DNA of 32,235 nucleotides from a bacterium (GCA_040757115.1 JBFLYA010000016.1:1-32235), one strand, 5' to 3'. Counted from the first letter of the stretch, positions 17,118-26,040 are shown. Notes: generated by a model not told the origin, from the letters alone. Numbers and translations: made by a program.

Positions 17118-18440
17118 CTAATCCTCAGATTTTTCAAAGGAACCACCCCAAATCCAACCCTGTCTGCCTTTATATACCCCTTCGCTAGTAACTACCACCT
17201 TGTAAAACCCCTTTTTCTCTTCTCCAAGATATTTAACCTGGGTTCCATTATCAAGGGAATATGTCTGCCGACTATTAGGAGTGCCTATTCTCAACCAAAC
17301 CTGGTTACCACCGCTAACACTTTCTTCAGTAACTTTATATCTCTCCCCTTTTATCCATTGCGTGACTTCCTTTGATGGTTTTTTAATCATGTCCCCCTCT
17401 GGAGGGGGTAAGGGGGAGGAACTAGTTTCTTTGGGCAATTCACTTGCCTTTTTCTCTACCTCCTGTTCAGGTAGAGATGTTGTCTTCTCTAGAATTGTTC
17501 GGTTTGATTCTTTAGAAAGTATCTTACTTTCTACAGGCTCACTAATTTTAAATTGCAAGGAGAACCGATGCACATCTCCCATCTGCTCATAAGGTAAAAA
17601 ACTGTAGTCAAGATAAAAGTTTTTCACTCTAAAACCACAGCCTAAACTAATACCATTCCCTACATCATTCTTTGAATTATACCCTGCTCTAACAAATAAA
17701 TTATTAGTGGCTTGATATTCTGTGCCAACTCCAAAATTTATATCATTATCAACTGGTCGATTTATATCTAAGGCTAAGATGACTCGATTATCTAATAATT
17801 TATATCCCAGACCAAGTTTTAAATTTAGGGGTAATTTTTCCTTTTCTTTGATAAATTTAATCCTTGTCCCAAGATTAGATACACAAGCACCAAGTGATAG
17901 ATTATCCTGCTTAAATAATATACCTACATCTACTGCGGCTGAAGAGGAAACCTCTTTTTCTAATTCTTGCTGTATAAACTTAAGAGTAGCTCCAACAGAA
18001 ATTCCATCATTTACTCCCTGAGCATAAGTAACTCCTAACGCAAAATCCCTTGCATCAAAATCTCCTATCACTACATTATTAATATCTCTCCTTTGCATCT
18101 TACTCATTCCCAGGTAACTTAGACTTAAACCCAAAGTCTTATTTCTATAAGGCTCAGCATATGCCAAAAACTCATAATTTACCTCTTCTAGCCAATCAGT
18201 ATGCATCAGAGCAGAAGTCCTTTGTTTAATTTGAGTCAGTCCTGCAGGATTATAATAAATACTATTAACATCATCTGCCACGGCACAAAATGCCTCACCC
18301 ATAGCAGATGCCCTTGGGCTTATGCCTATCTTTAAAAAATTAGCCCCTGCCTCACCGGCTTTACTACTTATGGCCAAAGCAGGGTGCGGTAATAATATCA
18401 CTCCTATACCTACTATTAAAATTAATCTTCTCTTTAACAT
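17118..18440 (-). CDS. PorV/UPF0164-like outer-membrane beta-barrel protein with C-terminal SH3-like domain
   Basis: FLKIGISPRASAMGEAF...YYNPAGL, YLDYSFLPY..MGDVHRFSL. C-terminal GWIW. Confidence 0.85.
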   Translation of the reverse strand: MLKRRLILIVGIGVILLPHPALAISSKAGEAGANFLKIGISPRASAMGEAFCAVADDVNSIYYNPAGLTQIKQRTSALMHTDWLEEVNYEFLAYAEPYRNKTLGLSLSYLGMSKMQRRDINNVVIGDFDARDFALGVTYAQGVNDGISVGATLKFIQQELEKEVSSSAAVDVGILFKQDNLSLGACVSNLGTRIKFIKEKEKLPLNLKLGLGYKLLDNRVILALDINRPVDNDINFGVGTEYQATNNLFVRAGYNSKNDVGNGISLGCGFRVKNFYLDYSFLPYEQMGDVHRFSLQFKISEPVESKILSKESNRTILEKTTSLPEQEVEKKASELPKETSSSPLPPPEGDMIKKPSKEVTQWIKGERYKVTEESVSGGNQVWLRIGTPNSRQTYSLDNGTQVKYLGEEKKGFYKVVVTSEGVYKGRQGWIWGGSFEKSED

Positions 18441-18481
18441 ACCTTATACCTCCTAAAGTTTTTTCAACAGGTTGGATGATT

Positions 18482-19678
18482 CTATACTCCCACTCTGTGG
18501 CAAATCATATTTTGATATTTCGCCTCTGTTGGCAGTAAGGCGAAGAATTTCAACCCAAGAATATATAAGATGCCAATAATGGCTACGATTCCGAGTGCTT
18601 GAGTGATTTCTGGCAAACTGATAAAATAACTTCCAATTGTCCCATCCCCAAAAGGACTACTTACTTCATAGCCAGGAAATAGTTCTGACGGAAGCACCTG
18701 ACCAGGAATAACAATAATAAATCTTTCGCAGAAAACACCCGATACAACCAGTGCTGAAGCAAAAACTATCCAACCAATAGATTTTTTAATAAAAAGTATA
18801 ATGACTGGCACAATAGAACCCATCAGTATCAGCCCAATCCAGAAAATCAGACAATATTCATTGCCACTAAATAAAAGGAAATGCGTTGCTTCATAGCTTG
18901 CGGGTGAATAAAGTCGGGTTAAATTCTCAACCGCAAGAAAATATAAAACAACAAGGATAAACGAAACCAATAGTCGGCTTAGACCTATAATTAGTTGCGG
19001 GTCCAAAAAGCGTCTGGTAACCTTAAAGGTTAGCACTAATAGAATGATAATTAAACCCGTTCCTGAAGATAAAGCCGCGGCAACGAAACTCGGTGGTGTT
19101 AGTGGTGAATGGTATAATTCTCTGCCACTGGTAAAACCAAAAATCCCGCCCGTGCCACTATGCACACCAATTGCCCAGACTACGGCTAAAACCCCAATTA
19201 CTTTAACCAATTTCTCCTTTTCGGTAATCATTGCCCAGAGATAAACAATACAAATCAAGATATAAGTTGAATATAGAAAGCCATTCCAGGAAAAGATAGA
19301 TTTTGGATTAAGGTAGAAAAATGCCAGCATAATTCTTTCTGGCCGACCTAAATCAAGTCCAAGGGATAAAAGTGCTCCAACAAGCAACAAAGCGGCTAAA
19401 TAAGCGGCTACACGGGCAAATCCTTTATATTCGGTTTTACCAAACACCGATGATAAAGATGACAGAACTAATGAACCCGCACTTAACCCAATAAAATAAA
19501 TAGTAAGAATAATTGGCAGTCCCCAGGGAACCTGATTATTCATTCCGGTGAGATAATGTCCTCTGGTGAACATTAGATAGGAAGAATATAGTCCAGCGAT
19601 AGCCAGGATGCTAAGGATTCCTAATAAAAGATACTGACCGGTTGATTTTCCTTCAATTTTGGTATAATATACTTTCAT
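18482..19678 (-). CDS. dsrP: DsrP, NrfD/PsrC-family membrane subunit
   Basis: VPWGLPI, DLGRPER, ~10 TM helices; follows dsrO. Confidence 0.9.
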   Translation of the reverse strand: MKVYYTKIEGKSTGQYLLLGILSILAIAGLYSSYLMFTRGHYLTGMNNQVPWGLPIILTIYFIGLSAGSLVLSSLSSVFGKTEYKGFARVAAYLAALLLVGALLSLGLDLGRPERIMLAFFYLNPKSIFSWNGFLYSTYILICIVYLWAMITEKEKLVKVIGVLAVVWAIGVHSGTGGIFGFTSGRELYHSPLTPPSFVAAALSSGTGLIIILLVLTFKVTRRFLDPQLIIGLSRLLVSFILVVLYFLAVENLTRLYSPASYEATHFLLFSGNEYCLIFWIGLILMGSIVPVIILFIKKSIGWIVFASALVVSGVFCERFIIVIPGQVLPSELFPGYEVSSPFGDGTIGSYFISLPEITQALGIVAIIGILYILGLKFFALLPTEAKYQNMICHRVGV

Positions 19679-19690
19679 TCGTTACCTACC

Positions 19691-20389
19691 TTATAATCCT
19701 AAATAATACACCTTTGGTTTTGAGCCTAAATCCGGGCGAATTGGGTGTGCTTTACCGCTTGCGACTAATTTAGCCACTTCACTGTTTGGGTCATTTAAGT
19801 TACCAAAAAACATCGCTTTGTTTGGGCAGGATACTACACAAACTGGCATCTCCCCGTTATCTACACGGCTCACACAAAAGTCGCATTTTTCCACTACCCC
19901 ATGTTGTCGTTTTGGGGAATCAGAATTAGTATATCCTTCTTGATGTTTAAACACAAAAGACCTGGATTTATACGGACAGACAATCATACAGTATCGACAA
20001 CCAATGCACCGGTGCTCATCAATTAACACAATGCCATCTTCGCGTTTAAAAGATGCCTTAACCAGGCAGACCTTAACGCAAAACGGGTCTTCACAATGAT
20101 TGCATAATAAAGGAACAGGTTGAGATTTGGCGTCTGGCACCTTTGGTGTTACACTGGCGACTCGAATCCAATAATTATCCAAAGACACATTATTTTCTTT
20201 TCGGCAAGCATCCATACACACAGTACAGCCTTCAACGCATTTGGTAACATCAATCACCATTCCCCATTTATTTTTTGCACTGGCTTTAATATCCTTTGCT
20301 AATAGAGAAGAGACCAATTGCGGTAATGGTCCCATTGCAGTTCCTATAGCTAACCCGCCGCCTATTTTGAGAAATGTCCGTCTATCCAT
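19691..20389 (-). CDS. dsrO: DsrO periplasmic Fe-S protein with Tat signal
   Basis: MDRRTFLK; CNHCEDPFCVKVC, CIGCRYCMIVCPY, GVVEKCDFC. Confidence 0.93.
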   Translation of the reverse strand: MDRRTFLKIGGGLAIGTAMGPLPQLVSSLLAKDIKASAKNKWGMVIDVTKCVEGCTVCMDACRKENNVSLDNYWIRVASVTPKVPDAKSQPVPLLCNHCEDPFCVKVCLVKASFKREDGIVLIDEHRCIGCRYCMIVCPYKSRSFVFKHQEGYTNSDSPKRQHGVVEKCDFCVSRVDNGEMPVCVVSCPNKAMFFGNLNDPNSEVAKLVASGKAHPIRPDLGSKPKVYYLGL

Positions 20390-20394
20390 TTATC

Positions 20395-20579
20395 TCTCCT
20401 GAAAATCGGGACTCGGGACTCGGGGTTCGGGACTCGGGAAGGCTGGTAGCCGCACGACCCATGCTCTGCATGGGTACCCCGAGCCTGCGTTGCTCGACTT
20501 CAGCATCCCCGCCCGCATCCTTTCTTTATTTTTTATCTTCCTTTGTGCCCACTCACCGTGGACATGTTCGTTTCTCCTG
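20395..20579. mobile_element. CCTGAAAAT-type unit at the dsrO RBS
   Basis: Flanked by tctcctg at 20395-20401 and 20573-20579. Ends in the conserved hairpin site 20528-20579. Contains (CGGGACT)n. Confidence 0.75.
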
Positions 20580-20602
20580 TCTCCTGTCTGTATCCTCCCT
20601 CT

Positions 20603-20995
20603 CTACTCTCTACTCTCCGTAATATGGCAATTCCAGCAATTCGGTTGGACATCAACATAATTATGACATCTATCACAAAAATCTGCTTTATTAGAATGAC
20701 ATTTCATACAGGTTTTCTGAAGACTTTTTTCGTATCTGACGCCATCAATAATTCCGACCTCTCTATTGCCCTGACGAATGACCGCCTCCCTCCATTCGTG
20801 AAGCAATTTCATATGTTCAGTCCTCATTACATCTTTTGGCTTGACACACTCTTTTTTAGACATTTTATTGATAACAGGCGTGTCAAGACCTGGTTCAGGA
20901 TTAGAAGATGCCTTCACCAGATTATAGAAGAATGGAAAACTTATTAATCCCACAAAAATAATCAAACCAGGAATTATTTTGCCTTTATCATACAT
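20603..20995 (-). CDS. dsrJ: DsrJ triheme cytochrome c
   Basis: MYDKGKIIPGL, MRTEHM.LL..WR..V.R, CMKCH, FCDRCH, CWNCH. Confidence 0.95.
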   Translation of the reverse strand: MYDKGKIIPGLIIFVGLISFPFFYNLVKASSNPEPGLDTPVINKMSKKECVKPKDVMRTEHMKLLHEWREAVIRQGNREVGIIDGVRYEKSLQKTCMKCHSNKADFCDRCHNYVDVQPNCWNCHITESRE

Positions 20996-21022
20996 CTTTA
21001 TACTCCTATGTTATTCAACTAT

Positions 21023-21406
21023 AAGACTTCTGTAAAACTAAGAAACTGTAGTTTTTAAGCGGGTATTTAAAACCTTTATTTTTATCAATTTCCTCCAAAA
21101 TTCAAAATGCAAAAAGCAAATATAAAAATTACATATCAAAATGTAAAATTATCTCTTTCCTTTCAGCGTTAAAATACTTGAAGCAAAGATATTACCACAT
21201 TCCTCCAACTTTTTGAGAAACACTATTCTTTGGCAACTTATCGATGAATTCTATAAGTCGCAGAGTATAGTTATCCACTCTTTTCTTGAAGTCCTTTTTG
21301 AAATTTGATTTGTAATTTTGCATTTTGATATTTATATTTGATATTTAATATTTGATATTTAATATTTATTTGTTGTCTCCCCCCAATCCTATTTTGCAGA
21401 ACCCTA
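21023..21406. mobile_element. MITE with imperfect TIR and ~20-bp target duplication (IS1182-like), carrying a heptamer-arm cassette
   Basis: tcctatgttattcaactata (21004-21023) vs tcctatgttatttagctata (21407-21426). Ends aagacttctgtaaaa / ttttgcagaacccta. Confidence 0.7.
21149..21323 (-). pseudogene. internally deleted four-helix-bundle gene remnant within CAAAATG-type arms (21095-21366)
   Basis: MQNYKSNFKKDFKKRVDNYTLRLIEFIDKLPKNSVSQK, then in a shifted frame LEECGNIFASSILTLKGKR*. Confidence 0.82.
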
Positions 21407-21413
21407 TCCTATG

Positions 21414-23021
21414 TTATTTAGCTATATTTGGCAGTTCTTCACCCCGCAAATTAGTGGTTCTTTCCTTTTCTCCTTTCATCACGAGTGCATTTGCCACTAA
21501 CTCAGTCACACCTGTTACATCCACACCCGGCACCCAGTAATTCATCAAAGGAGGCAGTGCGGCGCGGTCAATGGCACAGATACAGGCAAGCATATTTACG
21601 CCATATTGCTCCTGAACATACTTGACAGCCATTGCCCTGGGTAATCCACCCCTAAGCCGCAATTCCATATTCTCAGAGGCATTCAACCCTGAACCACTGC
21701 CACAACAAAATGTCTTTTCCCGAATGGTATCTTCAGGCATTTCATAGAAATGGGGACAGACATTTTTTATAATATAGCGTGGTTCTTCAAACATTCCCAT
21801 CCCGCGGGCAACATTACAGGAATCATGAAAGGTTACTTTTAAATGGTCATTTCGTTTTGGGTTAAGGTTAAGTTTTCCATGTTTAATTAAATCAGCGGTA
21901 AATTCTGAAATATGAATCATTTTTGTTGATTTGGCATTCTCAAATTTCGTGCCCGTGATGGGTGAAATAGGCACTTCAAGGAAATCTGCAGGTCCGTTCC
22001 AGGTATCCATATACTGATTTATCACTCGCCACATATGACCGCATTCGCCACCAATAATCCACTTAACACCTAACCTTTTTGCCTCAGCGTATATTTTAGT
22101 ATTAAGTCGTTTTGCCAGTTCCATCGAGGTAAAAAATCCAAAATTCCCACCTTCAGAGGCATAAGTGCTCCAGGTGTAATCGAGTCCGAGTTCGTGGAAT
22201 AGTATCAAATAGCCCATACAGGTATAGGTGCCCGGGTCAGCAAACAGGTCACCTGACGGTGTAACAAAGAGTATTTCTGCTCCTTTTCTATTGAAGGTTG
22301 GCGATACCCGCACACCTGTTTTTTCTTCTATTTCATCAAGCAGGAAATCAATGGAGTTTTTAATCGTATGCGGTTCAAGGCCTAAGTGATTTCCTTTCAT
22401 ATAACAGTTTGCGGCTGGACCGGCAATCCATTCTATATTTAACCCCAAAAGATTGAGCAGTTCGCGGGCAATCATCGTAATTTCAGCAGTATCAATGCCG
22501 TAGGGACAAAAAACAGAACAGCGGCGGCATTCAGAGCATTGATAGAAATAATACCACCATTCTTTGAGCACATCAAGAGTAAGTTTTCGCCCACCGGCTA
22601 ACTTTCCCAGTACCTTTCCTATATTTTTAAAATTTCCTCGATAAACTGACCGAAGTAATTCTGCTCGTAATACTGGCATATTTTTCGGGTCGCCTGTGCC
22701 AAGAAAATAATGACATTTATCCGCACAAGCACCACAGCGGACACAAATATCCATAAAAATCTTAAAAGACCGATATTTTTTCAGTCGCTCAGCCATCCCT
22801 TCTAAAACTATCTCCTGCCAGTTATGAGGAAGTTTCCAGTCCTCATCAAGCACAGACCATGTTCTTGGATTTGGGAAATCTACGGTTTGCAGGCTTTTCT
22901 CCTTTGCCCCATAGCAGAACATCCCTTCCTTCCTTTCAACCGGGAGATTCATCCATGATTTTTGTGGAGGTTTATAATTTATTTGAGATATTATTTCTTG
23001 AGGTTTTGGTTCTTTAGCCAT
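21414..23021 (-). CDS. dsrK: DsrK HdrD-like Fe-S protein
   Basis: CVRCGACADKCH, CSECRRCSVFCPYGID, GECGH, HDSCN, CCGSGSG. Start MAKEP follows AGGAG. Confidence 0.96.
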   Translation of the reverse strand: MAKEPKPQEIISQINYKPPQKSWMNLPVERKEGMFCYGAKEKSLQTVDFPNPRTWSVLDEDWKLPHNWQEIVLEGMAERLKKYRSFKIFMDICVRCGACADKCHYFLGTGDPKNMPVLRAELLRSVYRGNFKNIGKVLGKLAGGRKLTLDVLKEWWYYFYQCSECRRCSVFCPYGIDTAEITMIARELLNLLGLNIEWIAGPAANCYMKGNHLGLEPHTIKNSIDFLLDEIEEKTGVRVSPTFNRKGAEILFVTPSGDLFADPGTYTCMGYLILFHELGLDYTWSTYASEGGNFGFFTSMELAKRLNTKIYAEAKRLGVKWIIGGECGHMWRVINQYMDTWNGPADFLEVPISPITGTKFENAKSTKMIHISEFTADLIKHGKLNLNPKRNDHLKVTFHDSCNVARGMGMFEEPRYIIKNVCPHFYEMPEDTIREKTFCCGSGSGLNASENMELRLRGGLPRAMAVKYVQEQYGVNMLACICAIDRAALPPLMNYWVPGVDVTGVTELVANALVMKGEKERTTNLRGEELPNIAK

Positions 23022-23046
23022 ATTCACTCCTTTTGGAAGTATTTTT

Positions 23047-23125
23047 GCCACAGAGGCACAGAGTGCACAGAGGATTATTTATTTTCTATTATTTTCTCTC
23101 TGTGTCCTCTGTGTCTCTGTGGCTA
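23047..23125. mobile_element. empty GCCACAGAG-arm cassette between dsrM and dsrK
   Basis: Arms identical to 256-681 with the gene fully deleted. Confidence 0.88.
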
Positions 23126-24118
23126 ATCCTTTTCCACCGGGATACCCACCTGTTTCATTCTTTCGCGGTAGTGCTCTTCGTATTCTTCATAAGTATGAAC
23201 TTTTACTGGATAATTCCACGGATTAATATGTCTTTTCATCCGATTATTATTTGCCAGATTTCGAGTTGGACTCAGGAAAATTCCTCCCATATGCACCAGT
23301 TTGCTAAATGGGAAATATATCAACAAGATGCAAACTAAAAACAGGTGGATATAAAAGATGACATTCACATCCGCAGGAATTACCGGTTGAAATCTTAACA
23401 ATCCTAAGGTATATGCCTTTAAACTCACCACATCAACCTTCACAAAATACCTCATCAGAATACCTGAAATGGCTATGGCAATGATTAAAAGAAGAGGGAA
23501 GTAATCCGCAATAGGTAATGAGATGTAATAGACTTTAGGGCTTAATATTCTACGGAGTAAAAGAAACGATATTCCAGCCAAAAGTCCAACTCCGGATAAG
23601 AATACCACCGGTGAACCTATCTCCATAAATCCATCCAGCCTACAAATCAGACTGATACAAGAAGGCACTGGCTCAATAAATAACCGACAATGTCTAATGA
23701 CAACAATAAAAAAAGACCAATGAAAGATTAATGCCGCAAGCCAGAGTAATTTTTCTTCGAGATGAAGAAAGTAAGGACCCTGTTTTAATTGGGTTTGTGT
23801 ATTGCGGAAAAGTGAGCGAAAGAGAAGAATCTCTAAAACCATTCTTCCGATAGCCCCAATACCTGTTGCTGGATTTTCAAAACAGGCACTTTTAATCCAG
23901 GGAAGTGATTTTTGCTGTCCACAGGTCGTTGGTATGCGGAAAGGAACAGGAGATTGTGCCCATCGGACAATGCGCCAAAGGACACCAACAATAAAAATAA
24001 AAATAGCTAAATACGGAATGATAACTCCAAAAAGTAGATGCAGATTTGCAGTTTCTATTCCCAGATATGCCAGTAAAACTAATATTATCACGGCTAATAA
24101 CGGTAATAAAACTTTCAT
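23123..24118 (-). CDS. dsrM: DsrM NarI-like membrane cytochrome b
   Basis: SPVPFRIPTTCGQQKSLPWIK, FHWSF...RH, YFPFSKLVH...SPTRN. ATGA overlap with dsrT. Confidence 0.96.
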   Translation of the reverse strand: MKVLLPLLAVIILVLLAYLGIETANLHLLFGVIIPYLAIFIFIVGVLWRIVRWAQSPVPFRIPTTCGQQKSLPWIKSACFENPATGIGAIGRMVLEILLFRSLFRNTQTQLKQGPYFLHLEEKLLWLAALIFHWSFFIVVIRHCRLFIEPVPSCISLICRLDGFMEIGSPVVFLSGVGLLAGISFLLLRRILSPKVYYISLPIADYFPLLLIIAIAISGILMRYFVKVDVVSLKAYTLGLLRFQPVIPADVNVIFYIHLFLVCILLIYFPFSKLVHMGGIFLSPTRNLANNNRMKRHINPWNYPVKVHTYEEYEEHYRERMKQVGIPVEKD

Positions 24119-24561
24119 TTGACACCCCACTTCATCATTTCATTTGTCTGAAGTTGATAAATCTTTTCTCTGCATTTCATAAATATATCAAACGAAATCG
24201 TTGCTAATCTATCTATTTTAGATTCAAGGGCTAATAATTCATTATATTCACTGCCAATTTTCTCTCTAATTGCCTGTTTTAGAACGAAAATAAAGGATAT
24301 AGCTTGTGAGGGAGCAACTCCCTGCACTGCTTTAATTTTGATTATATCCTCTAAAAATTTATCTACACCCTTGTTTTGAATAATTCCATCAAAAATGCCT
24401 TCAATCCCTTTTCTGATTGTCCATCCTACTGGATTAGCGAATTGGTTTTTCTCTGTTTTTACAAACTCTGCCGTCTGTTGTGGATAGGTATTAAGTATCA
24501 AATCAAACCATCTGTTGATAATAGATTCCTTTTTTCTTAATAAGACATCATTTAATTCCAT
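24115..24561 (-). CDS. dsrT: DsrT (RsbRD N-terminal domain protein)
   Basis: RWFDLILNTYP..QFANPVG..IKAVQ..PSQAISFIFVLK..FDIFMKCREKIYQL. Directly upstream of dsrM. Confidence 0.9.
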   Translation of the reverse strand: MELNDVLLRKKESIINRWFDLILNTYPQQTAEFVKTEKNQFANPVGWTIRKGIEGIFDGIIQNKGVDKFLEDIIKIKAVQGVAPSQAISFIFVLKQAIREKIGSEYNELLALESKIDRLATISFDIFMKCREKIYQLQTNEMMKWGVK

Positions 24562-24581
24562 ACAATTTAAACCCTGGATGA

Positions 24582-24638
24582 ATTGCGGATTGTGAATCTG
24601 TATTTTCAGTCCGCAATCCGCAATCCACAATCTGCGAT
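24582..24638. repeat. empty heptamer inverted-arm cassette (TGCGGAT / ATCCGCA)
   Basis: attgcggattgtgaat ... tccgcaatccgcaatccacaatctgcg. Confidence 0.7.
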
Positions 24639-24649
24639 TAATTATACAC

Positions 24650-25145
24650 GTAACCGTTCAGGGCTATACATTAGAAGTGTAAACAAGGAGAAATGGGGAA
24701 AAGGGAGAATTGGAGAAATGGCTCAAACTTTTTCTTGCTCCACCCTTCGGACATCAATCCTGGAGTCTGCGAAATTTACCAGTAACCCTATTTCTTTATC
24801 CACTGCTCTAAGGTATGATCTAACCTGATTATAATACTTCCCACTTATCTCCTCAACAGTTTTAATCTCTACCACAATCTCATCTTCAACAAAAAGATCA
24901 AGTCTATGAACCCCAACCTCGACACCTTGATAGAATATCTTGACTTCTTTTTCTGATTCAAAGATGATGTTCTGTCTTGCAAACTCAACCTTCAAGGCAT
25001 TGTGATAGATGCTCTCCAGAAAACCAGGTCCTAACTTTTTATGGACATTAATACAGGCATTAATAATCCTATCAGTTAACTCTTCTTTTCTCCACTTCTC
25101 CATCTTCTCCCTTTCTCCTCATTTTTATCCTACCTGAACCCTTAC
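24650..25145. mobile_element. 496-bp GTAA-MITE with 8-bp TSD carrying an intact GxxExxY gene in GGAGAA arms
   Basis: gtaaccgttcagg / cctgaacccttac. ttatacac at 24642-24649 and 25146-25153. Confidence 0.93.
24723..25103 (-). CDS. GxxExxY protein (PD-(D/E)XK nuclease-like)
   Basis: VHKKLGPGFLESIY, RLDLFVEDEIVVEIK, QVRSYL...GLLVNF. Confidence 0.93.
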   Translation of the reverse strand: MEKWRKEELTDRIINACINVHKKLGPGFLESIYHNALKVEFARQNIIFESEKEVKIFYQGVEVGVHRLDLFVEDEIVVEIKTVEEISGKYYNQVRSYLRAVDKEIGLLVNFADSRIDVRRVEQEKV

Positions 25146-25481
25146 TTATACACAGCCAGTTGGCTTGGGCAGACCAGCAATTTTACAGGCTTGTTTTGCT
25201 GGACCTGCTGGGAAAAGTTCATAAAGATATTTGTTATTTCCTTTTTCAGGACCAAACATCTTTGCCATCTCTTTTATCAAAATCTTAATCATTGGCGCAA
25301 TTTGATATTCCTTGTAATAATTTCTTAAGAAATTCACCACTTCCCACCGGCGTTCATCCAGCTCAATATCCTCAGTTTTAGCAATGTGCACCGCGACTTC
25401 CTCAGTCCAATCATCTAAATTTTGGAGATACCCTTCTTCATCCGTCTCATAAGTTTTTCCTTTAAATTCAAAACCTGGCAT
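25146..25481 (-). CDS. dsrC: DsrC sulfur carrier
   Basis: DEEGYL..W, YLYELFPAGPAKQACKIAGLPKPTGCV with both C-terminal Cys (CX10C). Confidence 0.97.
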   Translation of the reverse strand: MPGFEFKGKTYETDEEGYLQNLDDWTEEVAVHIAKTEDIELDERRWEVVNFLRNYYKEYQIAPMIKILIKEMAKMFGPEKGNNKYLYELFPAGPAKQACKIAGLPKPTGCV

Positions 25482-25545
25482 AATTTTACACCTCCTCTTT
25501 GTTTGGCAATTTATCTCTTATTAAAAGAGTTGTCATTATTGTAAA

Positions 25546-25947
25546 GTAGAGAGTAGAGAGTAGAGAGTAGAGAGTAGAGAGAAAATTTTTCCTCCACCCT
25601 GTTTTTTCCCTATTTTCATTCTCATTTGTGAACCCACGGTTCATAGGCGTTTCCCCTGAAAATCGGGACTCGGGACTCGGGGTTCGGGAAGAAAGAAACT
25701 CTCAGCAATTCCCCCTTAATAAAGGGGGTTAGGGGGTTGTCCTTCTCCCATTTTCATTGCCCTTTGTGAGCCTTGGCTCATGTCCGTTTCCTCTGAAAAT
25801 AGCGAATTAGTGAATTAGTATAGTATCCACAGATTCGTATCTTATGGTTTAGAACAGATATTCCCCCTTAATAAAGGGGGTTAGGGGGTTGTTCTTCCAT
25901 TATTTTCATCCCCCTTTGTGAGCCGCAGGCTCATGAGCGTTTCTCCT
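25546..25947. repeat. tandem array of three CCTGAAAAT-type units
   Basis: Conserved site attttcat..tttgtg-hairpin-cat..cgtttc.cctgaaaat at 25612-25663, 25750-25800 and 25902-25947, with variable 86- and 101-nt fillers. Confidence 0.85.
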
Positions 25948-26011
25948 TGAACCTGACAACCATTGCCTGTTGTTTCACTTTAGATGGCTAAATAGTTATA
26001 AAAGAAATACA

Positions 26012-26040
26012 ATTTTATCATAGAAATTCAAATATGTTAA
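26012..26040 (-). promoter_or_regulatory. putative sigma70 promoter upstream of dsrC-T-MKJOP
   Basis: Minus strand TTAACA-17 nt-TAAAAT with extended TG. Confidence 0.55.

Noticed and set aside
20374-20947. Plus-strand ORFs 20374..20622 and 20543..20947
   Set aside because: They are repeat-derived or antisense to dsrJ.
23022-23051. Longer N-termini given for dsrK, dsrT (24630), dsrA (9673), dsrM (24130) and rpiB (2571)
   Set aside because: The extensions start in repeats or upstream genes. Downstream ATGs have proper RBS spacing, ATGA coupling or a better fit to the family N-terminus.
23047-23125. Simple rho-independent terminator
   Set aside because: It lies inside dsrMK, is identical to the arms of a gene-bearing cassette, and has no U-tract on the coding strand.
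25612-25947. CRISPR array
   Set aside because: The repeats are ~50 nt and divergent, the fillers are 86-101 nt and share repeats with each other, and no cas genes are present.
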